From assembly GCA_963663965.2 (NCBI GenBank), contig CAXXFK010000013.1:96001-160000 (forward strand): a stretch of DNA of 64,000 nucleotides, in the 5' to 3' direction. Shown one piece after another: positions 30,350-38,840 of this stretch (positions are counted from its first letter, which is position 1; each line of letters opens with the position of its first letter). The translations under genes and the position numbers were made by a program. The notes beneath the pieces are model-generated. The model searched no databases. It was given only the letters and a program-made list of their open reading frames with translations, and was not told where the DNA came from. Source of the stretch: Sedimentisphaerales bacterium. Lineage in GTDB: Bacteria; Planctomycetota; Phycisphaerae; Sedimentisphaerales; SM23-30.

Positions 30350-31519
30350 ATGGACAGACCACCAAAAATAATGCTACAGATCGAAGCAGAAACCAGCAGT
30401 TACGGCCGGCGATTCTTACGCGGTATTATAAAATACTCCAAGCTCCACGGCCCCTGGAGCTTTTATCGCAACCCCCCATTTTATGCACACTCCCATATCA
30501 CTCCCAAAAAACACATTTCCCAGCTTAAAAAAGTCCGTGCCGACGGTATAATTGTCCGACAATCAGATCCGGCCCAGGTAAGACCTTTCCTAGCCCTTGG
30601 CATACCGATCGTCGCCTCGCCCTATTTCCCCGATCCAGTCATTCCGACTATCGCGACAAGCAACGAGAAAATCGGGGCACTGGCCGCTGAACATTTTACA
30701 GAAAGAGGTTTCCATAACTTTGCCTACTGCGGCTTTGAGGATATGCACTGGTCGGTAAATCGCCATAAATGCTTTGTTAAGGAAATTGAAAAATCCAACT
30801 ACAAAGTCCATTCATTCCTCTCTCCGCTCAAATCCGTTTTCAGCCCCGAAGCAATCATTCGGCCAAAATTAAAAAAATGGCTGCATTCCCTGCCAAAACC
30901 CATTGGCCTGATGGCCTGTAACGACGACATGGGATGCTTCATTCTGGATATTTGCCAGGAAGCTGAAATCCTGGTTCCAGAACAGATAGCGGTTTTGGGT
31001 GTAGACAACGACGAGTTAGCTTGCGAAATTGCCGAGCCGCCCCTGTCCAGCATAGACCTGCTGGCAAGTAACGCCGGATACCGGGCGGCTGAGCTGATGG
31101 ACCACATGCTAAATGGCGAACCAATGAGCGGCCAGGTCCTCGCTCATCAGCCCTCTTATGTTACCACTCGCCAATCCACAGACATAATCGCCGTGAAGGA
31201 TCCCGATGTTGCCGCGGCACTGACCTATATAAAGAAAAATTACAATAAAGATATCACTGTCGATGATGTGGCACTTGCCGTCCATCTCTCAAGCCGCCAT
31301 TTGTTCAAAAAATTCAAGCAAACTCTCGGCTATTCGGTTTACAGGGAAATCAAAAGTCTGCGTATCCGGCACATCTGCAGCCTGCTGGCCGAATCAGATA
31401 TGTCGATCTACGAGATCACTCTGTCCCTGGGATTCACAGGCATCGAACATATCTCACGCTACTTCAAAGAAGCCATGGGTATAAGCCCCACAGAATATCG
31501 AAAACAATATCGGATATAA
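30350..31519 (+). CDS. XylR-type regulator (periplasmic-binding fold + AraC HTH)
   Basis: GR..LRGI..Y, LPKPIGLMACND, VPEQIAVLGVDNDE..C..PPLSSI, C-terminal F..AMGISPTEYR. Confidence 0.93.
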   Translation: MDRPPKIMLQIEAETSSYGRRFLRGIIKYSKLHGPWSFYRNPPFYAHSHITPKKHISQLKKVRADGIIVRQSDPAQVRPFLALGIPIVASPYFPDPVIPTIATSNEKIGALAAEHFTERGFHNFAYCGFEDMHWSVNRHKCFVKEIEKSNYKVHSFLSPLKSVFSPEAIIRPKLKKWLHSLPKPIGLMACNDDMGCFILDICQEAEILVPEQIAVLGVDNDELACEIAEPPLSSIDLLASNAGYRAAELMDHMLNGEPMSGQVLAHQPSYVTTRQSTDIIAVKDPDVAAALTYIKKNYNKDITVDDVALAVHLSSRHLFKKFKQTLGYSVYREIKSLRIRHICSLLAESDMSIYEITLSLGFTGIEHISRYFKEAMGISPTEYRKQYRI

Positions 31520-32091
31520 TTATCCTATAAAATCAAACTGAACTGAGATGACAACTGTTTTCAAGCAATTGGTCTATTCTCCTGATTTTCAGTCAAAATT
31601 TCCCCTGACCTGCGTTCCCATTCCTGTCCAAAACCAGTATATCAGTTACCCGCTCCCCACTTCCTCTCCACTCAAATCCAGAATGTCAAAGACGCTGTAC
31701 AGCCGCTGGGAGGGATTTTTGAGGGATTTCGATCTGACCCTTAAAACAAAAAGCACTTGTAAGGTTATCTTTTACAAGAGTTTGAGAATATCGCGGCGGC
31801 CGGAAATGTTCCGGCGACTTGCGGGCTGTGAATCTCTGGCTGAAAAACCAAGGCGGAATTGAGGGGCTCTCAATTCGACTTATTTCACCAGATGAAAGGA
31901 GATGGGCCGGGCTGGAATTCTGGCCCCTCCACGTGGGAGGGGGGAGCCGGGTTGATGGGCTGGTGAAGGGATGGCCGGTTGGGTTATGGGGGTTAATGTG
32001 GCGACCCGAAGAAAGTAAGGTTTGAATCATGAGGCGCGCCTGTGGAGTAGCACGAAAGGCCAGTGGCCCTGGTGGGGGGATTCAGATTGTC

Positions 32092-32231
32092 GTCTTTCGG
32101 CCTTTCAGGCCTCTGGCGGGTGGGATTGAATTTGTCCGGGCCCTGACGGGCCCGGCCAGGAACTGGCAACCCTTCGGGTTTCACTGATGCGAATATGGGG
32201 GGGCATTGCTATGGTGAGATTGATGGGATTG
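32092..32231 (+). repeat. REP-like module M1 left part (direct repeat of 34974-35112)
   Basis: 94 bp identical (32092-32185 = 34974-35067), including the CCGGGCCCTGACGGGCCCGG hairpin. Confidence 0.95.
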
Positions 32232-32502
32232 TGGGCCGCGGAAAAGAATAGGAAGCGGTTGGTTTCGATTTTTGAAGGGGAATTATGGGTATGGACGGGC
32301 ACGGACCTGCATGGACAACCACAGGGCGGTCAAGCCGCTACCAAAGAAGAAATAGTTCACACAAAGCCGCAAAGCCGCAAAGATAAACAGCCATTTAGAC
32401 CGGATCATCCCGATCCCGATGACTTGGGATTTCGCTTTGCTCAATATCCGGGACTTACAGCTCATTGGCAGGATTTAAGAAAAGGGAAATTTGGATTCGA
32501 TG

Positions 32503-32688
32503 TAACGGCCGGATTAACCGCGGATGGACGCAGGTGAAAAACATGGCTAAGTAATCGAAATATAAGAAGTTATAACAACGGAAAAACACGGAAAGACACG
32601 GAAGGAAATCAGGGTTAAGAAGTTAAAATCAAAGAAGCTGGAACTGCGAAAGGGATGAAAATAAAGAGTGGCTGCGCCACGAGTTAAA
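32503..32688 (+). repeat. ~185-bp dispersed element, copy B
   Basis: Homologous to 8661-8844. Confidence 0.85.
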
Positions 32689-33165
32689 TTTATAAAGGCA
32701 GGGGTTAACCACGAAGCGCCTTCGGCTTCACGAAGGGCGCCTGCGGCGCTACACGAAGGTTAAGAAAAAAAATAACAGCCGGTTTGTCCGCAGATCCCGA
32801 TGTACATCGGGACACTGATGGACGCAGATGAAACAGCCAGACATACTATCCTGGGCGGTCGAACCGCAGGCAAAGAAAAAATAGTTCACACAAAGCCGCG
32901 AAGAAAAACAACCGGTTTAACGCAAAGGCGCTGAGGTGCAAAGGGTGGGCAACGGCTGGGAGAGTCAAGAGTTGACGGAAGGCGCTAAGTGATATAAAAT
33001 ATTGTTTTAAAAGATCATCTATTCTCCGACACAATAACTTCGCTAAAATAACAAAGAATTGAAGGATTGTAGAACGAACCAGTATGGGTGTTAACCGTGG
33101 CCACCCGGCCGGCAAGTTACACTTGACCGGTGGCGCCCGAGACAGGTTGTCGAGGCTGCCCGGCT

Positions 33166-33324
33166 GGTTTTGAAAATATGCCACTGATTGAATCTGGATG
33201 GGGAGATACATGTGCTTTATTTAAATGGGAAAATGGGCAAATTAACATAGGTTTAGGAAAAGGTGAAGCCTTAAAAAGGTTTAATGATAACATTATTGGT
33301 TGCAAGCCATTGAGGTGTGAATAG
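33166..33324 (+). pseudogene. Orphan C-terminal tip of a polymorphic toxin
   Basis: MP...GW....FK.E.GQINIGLGKGEAL..FNDNI resembles polymorphic-toxin C-termini; begins abruptly at a repeat; directly upstream of an immunity-like gene. Confidence 0.5.
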
Positions 33325-33325
33325 A

Positions 33326-33844
33326 ATGAAGGAATCCGCTTTAAAACCTATAGTAGATTATGTTTTAGCAAAGATAACTAGAGAAGAATTTTATAAAATG
33401 TTTCCATATGATATACTTAACAATCCAGATTTGTATCTAGAATTGTTAAGGGAAGCTTTTCAAGAAAGAAACGACGGCCATATTGAATGTCTAATTACTT
33501 TGGGATTCAAACTGGATATTTATGATCATTCCCATGTTGATTTATTGTGCCAACTGCTGGATGTTGACTGGCATTGTAAGCATGAAGATATCGCTAGGCT
33601 ATTACAAGATCTGAAAGATCCTCGCGCCATAGAAGTGCTTTATCGTACGGCTTTGAGAAAATATAAATATCTCGAGTACAATAACAGTAGTGCGCTCGGT
33701 ATTAAATGTGTCTGGGCGCTCTTTGTCATTAATACTCCTGAATCCATTGAAAAGTTAAAACTGATTTCTCAATCAGATACTGTCGACATTGAAGTTGCAA
33801 AACGAGCGAAAAAGAAACTAGGTGAGGTAATAAATAAAAAATAA
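33326..33844 (+). CDS. HEAT-repeat protein, probable immunity protein
   Basis: DWHxxHEDIA..LQ.LK.P.A...LY..A...YLEY..S.L..KC.WAL motif; AT-rich; ORF track starts at GTG 33317. Confidence 0.75.
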   Translation: MKESALKPIVDYVLAKITREEFYKMFPYDILNNPDLYLELLREAFQERNDGHIECLITLGFKLDIYDHSHVDLLCQLLDVDWHCKHEDIARLLQDLKDPRAIEVLYRTALRKYKYLEYNNSSALGIKCVWALFVINTPESIEKLKLISQSDTVDIEVAKRAKKKLGEVINKK

Positions 33845-33847
33845 GAA

Positions 33848-34492
33848 ATGGATTTACAGATGGCATTAGGCTTTGAACTCTACATTACACAATTAGACAG
33901 ATGGCCTGCTTCAGGCTGCCACATTATGGCTCAATATGATGATAAATCTATTATTGTATACCAGGCTTATAAAGATTCCATTGCGGAATATGCCGTAAAT
34001 AATTGTCGCTTTGGGGGCACGGATTTCAGCTTTAATAGAATGAGTTGGATTAAAACGAGTTTTTTATGGATGATGTATCGTAGTGATTGGGCTCGTAAGC
34101 CTGATCAGACAAACATTTTGGCAATCAAACTACAGCGGGAGGGATTTGAGGAGATGCTAAAGCATGCGGTGCATTCTACCTTTCATAGGAATATTTATAA
34201 TGATAACCATGCTTGGAAGAATGCCTTGAAAAGTTCCGATGTCAGGTTGCAATGGGATCCTGATCATGATCCATTTGGGAATAAAACTGCCCGGAGAGCG
34301 ATTCAGTTGGGCTTAAGAGGCAATATGCTTAAGAAGTATAGCAGTGATTGGATTATGAGTATAGATAATATTACTGAATATGTACACCAACAATATATTT
34401 ATGTTGCCGAGCGTAAACTGAATAATTTGAGGACGCCAATAGAAAAGGAATACTTGCCTAAAAACAAAGAAACGGTCGAGTGGCCTCGTTAA
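33848..34492 (+). CDS. DUF4291 family protein
   Basis: I.VYQAY...IA, RMSWIKTSFLWMMYRSDWA.K, VRLQWDPDH, RRAIQLGL. Confidence 0.9.
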   Translation: MDLQMALGFELYITQLDRWPASGCHIMAQYDDKSIIVYQAYKDSIAEYAVNNCRFGGTDFSFNRMSWIKTSFLWMMYRSDWARKPDQTNILAIKLQREGFEEMLKHAVHSTFHRNIYNDNHAWKNALKSSDVRLQWDPDHDPFGNKTARRAIQLGLRGNMLKKYSSDWIMSIDNITEYVHQQYIYVAERKLNNLRTPIEKEYLPKNKETVEWPR

Positions 34493-34584
34493 TATATCCG
34501 GGGTGACACCCAAGGCAGATGGCCGAGGCCATTCGGCTGCTTTCGACTCTAAAGCAACTATTAGAGGCGCCCTAAAATATTCTG

Positions 34585-35380
34585 TCGGCCCTTCGGGCCT
34601 TATGAATACCATTGATCCGTATTCCGGAGCCTGACGGCTTCGGCTAGTAACTGGCGGCCTTTCTGGCCTCAGAAGTGCGGTTGGGCGGTTTAGGCAAGGC
34701 TGTCCGGTGCGGCATCTTTCAGCGTAGCGAAGTGGGGCTTGTGGGTGTTCTGGCTTTGCGATAAAATTGGGGCTATTGGTGATATCAGATGGAATTGAAA
34801 ATGTATAATATAGAATTGGAGAGACAGGCGTTGCTTGTGATATTTTACTTTTAATGGAAACGGTGTTAATATAGGCGATGAAGCGTTAGACACCGGCAAG
34901 CTGCGTTTGGAGGTGACTCATTAGATTGGGGTCCTATTCAGAAGGTATTGACTGTCCCTACTGATACTTTATAGTCTTTCGGCCTTTCAGGCCTCTGGCG
35001 GGTGGGATTGAATTTGTCCGGGCCCTGACGGGCCCGGCCAGGAACTGGCAACCCTTCGGGTTTCACTAATGCGAATGTGTGGTTTGCTGCTATGGTGAGA
35101 TTGATGGGATTGGAAAGGCAAAAGATAGAATTGAGAAGACAGGTGTTGGTTGTGATATTTAACTTTTCATGGAGACGGTGTTATACCCAATGGGTGTGAA
35201 AATTCCTGATCGCTCGCAAGATAAGAGTTTGCCCGTATAGAACTTATATCACGGCCCAGCGGGCAATTGCAATGTTGAGCAGTTATATAATGGGCGATGA
35301 CGCGTTAGACGCCGGCAAGCGGCGCCTGACCGGTGGTACCCGAGACCGATGGCCGAGGCTGCCCGGCCGCCTTTCACAAT
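34585..35380 (+). repeat. Tandem diverged repeat modules M2 (34585-34915) and M3 (34974-35380)
   Basis: Both have a REP hairpin + GCTAT(T)GGTGA..GATGG.ATTG + ATAGAATTG..ACGGTGTTA + GGCGATGA.GCGTTAGAC.CCGGCAAGC. Confidence 0.85.
35180..35287. mobile_element. 102-bp inserted element flanked by GTTATA direct repeats
   Basis: Absent from paralogous module M2 at ~34868; second copy at 40712-40812. Confidence 0.65.
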
Positions 35381-35444
35381 TTCAGATCAGACAGAAAGCT
35401 TGAAATCTCCCAGCTCTATTGTCTGAAATTAGCTGATTGACCAT

Positions 35445-36971
35445 TTATGACAGTTCCTTACTTTTTATAAAACTTACTGTTTCGCTTAATGAGAGTCCTC
35501 TGCTTCCTGGTCCCACTCTTATGTAAAATTCTTCTTCGCCCGGTTTTTTTCTCAGGTAGACTGGGGCATCCGCTTTGCGGCAGTCAGCGACAATCATGGT
35601 TTTGCCTTCAATGGTAAATGCCTTAAAGGTAATAAACTTTGCGAAGGCCAAACCTATATGCTGTTTTATAAGATTGTTGAAGTGAAGAAGCAGTTTGTCT
35701 TCATTCGGGAAGTTGTCCAGATCCGTTCCGAGAATGTTGCCGTTGTCTTCCACTCCCACGATGAGTGTCCCGCCCGCTGAGTTCATGAAAGCGACCAGTG
35801 TTTTCATGGCGGCCAGTTCGATCTCTTTACCCGGTTGATTCGCTTTGATATTCCAACGGAGGGTCGACTTGAATTCCAGATGATCGTTTTCGCCCGCGTC
35901 AATGGCTTCAAGAAGTGTCTGGTTGTCCATTTCTGTGAGCATTGGCGGAAGTGATGATAGTTTTAATTCGATCTCATAACGTCGCCAGAGGAAAAACGTT
36001 GCAAGAATGGCTACCACTGTCACCATAGCAGAATATACCGGAAGCGTCAGTTTACCCTTCCAGAGACTCATCAATATGGCAGACTCGGGGACGAGCACAG
36101 CAGAATAAGATTCGCTATTTTTGTCATCCAATTGTTTGATCGATGCCCACCAGGTTTTGCCCTCTATCGAAAAATTCACAACCTCTTTTGATTCATCATT
36201 TTTGAATAAAGAAACAGCGATTTCAATCTCGGGAAAATCCTCCTGAAATATTTCTCTTATCATGGGTGTTCCGTTCCTGGCAAATTCAAACAGGAATGTT
36301 CTGGATTGGTCGAGAGTGTTTCGCAGTAAAACCAGTCGTTGAGGATGGGTCATGTATTTTTTCAGGCCCTCAAAGAATTGTGTTGACTCGATTTGCAAAG
36401 CAAGCGCATAGAATTTTTTAGTCTCAGGATTACTAAAAATGGTTTCAGCGAGAAGCGTTGATTTGCCTTCAACCTCGTCATACTCCCCTGATACCCACCG
36501 GATTCTTGATTCCTGATCCTTCTCGACAAGCCTTTTATCCAGTTCATACAGAGGTCCAGATTGTCTATAGGGAACCTTGGTATCCTTGGTGTTTAACGGA
36601 TAAAACGACACTTCCGAGCCATCGTAGATCAACACCTGTTTAACATCTTGAAGATAGAATTTGCTGAACCTATCCAGTGTTTCCTGTGCCTCTGAAGGGC
36701 GTTCGGGATCCAACTTGCCTTGATCTCCGCTGTCTTTTAAGAATGAAATATCCTTTATGATCGGATCGATGAAAAACGCTATTCGTTTATTGGCGTATGA
36801 ACTTTGATCCAATATCATTTTAGAGATAATTTCATGTTTGGAATCCCTGTAGTCGACTACGGCGATAATCGTCAGGATTGCCATAACTGGAAGGACAACG
36901 ATAAGAAATATTTTTAGAATTCTTTGCTCGAAATTACGCGCAGGAGTTTTCAATAATCTGATAATTTTCAT
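35445..36971 (-). CDS. TM-periplasmic (Cache-like)-TM-Schlafen/AlbA_2 fusion protein
   Basis: Two TM helices around ~270 aa; C-terminal GENDHLEFKSTLRW, AFMNSAGGTLIVGVEDNG, FYIRVGP. Confidence 0.85.
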   Translation of the reverse strand: MKIIRLLKTPARNFEQRILKIFLIVVLPVMAILTIIAVVDYRDSKHEIISKMILDQSSYANKRIAFFIDPIIKDISFLKDSGDQGKLDPERPSEAQETLDRFSKFYLQDVKQVLIYDGSEVSFYPLNTKDTKVPYRQSGPLYELDKRLVEKDQESRIRWVSGEYDEVEGKSTLLAETIFSNPETKKFYALALQIESTQFFEGLKKYMTHPQRLVLLRNTLDQSRTFLFEFARNGTPMIREIFQEDFPEIEIAVSLFKNDESKEVVNFSIEGKTWWASIKQLDDKNSESYSAVLVPESAILMSLWKGKLTLPVYSAMVTVVAILATFFLWRRYEIELKLSSLPPMLTEMDNQTLLEAIDAGENDHLEFKSTLRWNIKANQPGKEIELAAMKTLVAFMNSAGGTLIVGVEDNGNILGTDLDNFPNEDKLLLHFNNLIKQHIGLAFAKFITFKAFTIEGKTMIVADCRKADAPVYLRKKPGEEEFYIRVGPGSRGLSLSETVSFIKSKELS

Positions 36972-37203
36972 TCGAATGGATCCTTATTTCATGTTCAGCA
37001 AACTCAAGCCGGGTATCTTCATTCCGCGTCTCTTCGTCGAAATCGATCCTGTCTACAGGAATTATATCAATCTGACATTTCCCGTTCAGGCAGTAAAAAA
37101 TTACGATGGACTCCTTAAGACATCAACAATTTTATGAAATTTTCTGTGGCAGGGTCAAGGGAAATCCATTCACTAACTGGGGGGGGAAGTTTTCAGGAAT
37201 TGG

Positions 37204-38367
37204 TTAAGGGCTTTTCGTGCCTGTTCGGGTGGAGATTGTTTTGGATTTCGTCTGGAAATATTTCAGCCAGTCCCGGGTGATGGCGCCGGCTATGTCGATT
37301 TGGGCCTGGGAGTATTCTTCAATGGTTTTGCCCCAGTAGAAGCCGAGGTAGCCATCGGCGATGGGGGCTGCGGCGTCGATAAACTGATTGAGTTCGTCGA
37401 GACTGCACGAGAGCGGGAACATTTCTTCGATGACCAGGGGTTTGCCCAGTTCGTAAACCTGGAGGGCGGTGATGGCTTTGTCGACCTGGTTACTTTTGGG
37501 GTAGAAATGGACGCTGACAAAATCGAGGTTTTTGCCAACCTGGGGTTGATGGAAGATCGATCGGGCACCGGGGAAGGTGAGCGCCCAGGGGATTTCGCCG
37601 ACGGTGATCAGGTGGCGGGAGTCGACTTTGCGGATGGCGGCGGTCAGGGTATCAAGCCAGGCGGCGGCGATCTGTTCGGGGGTACGGCCGGCGCGGTCCA
37701 GTGCAATCCGCTGGACAAAATAACGGTCGCCAAAGGCGCCGGCCAGCCAGTCGGTTTCTTTTTTGTCTCCGGGCAGTATGGGTTCATTCATCAGATCGTA
37801 GCAGAAGATGGCGGGGCTGGAACTGCCAACGGCGGCGACCCGTTCCCAGAAGAGCGCCTGAGTGGCCCAGCGGCCGGCTTCATCCAGGGCGTCGTACCAG
37901 GGCGGGGTCTGGGGTTTGTCGTAGCAACCCAGGCCGGTGATATCGAGATAGAGCCCGGTGGCTTCGGCCAGTTGGATCAGACGGGTGAGTTGTCTGAACT
38001 GGGTTTCATCGGGGGTATCGGGTGTGGGTATGAACCGGCCGGTCTGGAGGTGGATGCGTATCACCTTGGCGCCCAGGGCCTTGATTTCTTGAAAATCCGC
38101 TTCAACGGTCTCCCATTCGTTGAGCCAGTACTCCTCCAACAACCGGTTGTCGCGGTCGTGGTCGTAATTGACGCCCCAGGCTAGAAAGCGGCGGTTGGAA
38201 GCAGCCAGTTGAAATCCGGTTCCATTGGGATCGATGGTGATCCATTCCATGGTTGAGGCAGATTCCAGAGGCGATAAGGCAGGGGAATCCGAGGGCTTAT
38301 TGGGATGACAGCCGGAGAGGCTAATCAGTGCGGCCCATAGACTGGTGGTCAAGATTATCTGTTTCAT
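37204..38367 (-). CDS. Lipoprotein glycoside hydrolase family 5-like
   Basis: LSGC lipobox; GVNY, RIHL, YDLMNEP acid/base, VSVHFYP, KPLVIEE nucleophile. Confidence 0.85.
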   Translation of the reverse strand: MKQIILTTSLWAALISLSGCHPNKPSDSPALSPLESASTMEWITIDPNGTGFQLAASNRRFLAWGVNYDHDRDNRLLEEYWLNEWETVEADFQEIKALGAKVIRIHLQTGRFIPTPDTPDETQFRQLTRLIQLAEATGLYLDITGLGCYDKPQTPPWYDALDEAGRWATQALFWERVAAVGSSSPAIFCYDLMNEPILPGDKKETDWLAGAFGDRYFVQRIALDRAGRTPEQIAAAWLDTLTAAIRKVDSRHLITVGEIPWALTFPGARSIFHQPQVGKNLDFVSVHFYPKSNQVDKAITALQVYELGKPLVIEEMFPLSCSLDELNQFIDAAAPIADGYLGFYWGKTIEEYSQAQIDIAGAITRDWLKYFQTKSKTISTRTGTKSP

Positions 38368-38840
38368 TATTTCACCATAACTTGTGATATCTGGGGGGTA
38401 TATAGTATTGGATCTATTCCAGAGACTCCTCTGTGATGTCAACTCAGAGGGGTGATTGATTGTCTGGGAATATTGTATCTGCTGTCAACAGATAAACCCC
38501 AATGTGGTTGAAACGGCAGAAATTTGTTGTTCGAAAATTGGACAGATAATTATTGTAACCTTTTGCCGGATCATTTGTTAGGAGTCAATTGGCGGGATCA
38601 GGATGGATCATAGGCCATAATTTTTTCGGAAATGAACGGGGAGGATTTGACAGCAATAATCTGGTGTGGTATAATGTATATAGATATACAGTTAAAATAT
38701 GAGTTTTATTACGAATGATAAATCAAGCGTGATAACAGAAATGATTTGATGCTTTCTAATGAGAAGATGGGGGTTCTGTCTGAAGGCAGAAGGAAGAAAT
38801 TATCTGGATAGTATTTTATTTTTCGGAAAGGAGCCTGATC

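Noticed and set aside
32295..32945. CRISPR array
   Set aside because: No constant repeat or regular spacer length; no cas genes
31548..33211. Short ORFs across the repeat hotspot
   Set aside because: They translate repeat DNA, have no recognisable motifs or SD sites, and overlap in conflicting frames
34880..35312. GCGTTAGAC as integron attC cores
   Set aside because: Matches GTTRRRY, but I found no matching RYYYAAC inverse core or attC-type stem, and no integrase
34874..35313. GGCGATGA motifs as fluoride riboswitches
   Set aside because: Lack the short GGCGATG..TCGCC pairing and downstream TRATG; no adjacent crcB/eriC
37300..38184. 294-aa + strand ORF
   Set aside because: Antisense shadow of the GH5-like gene
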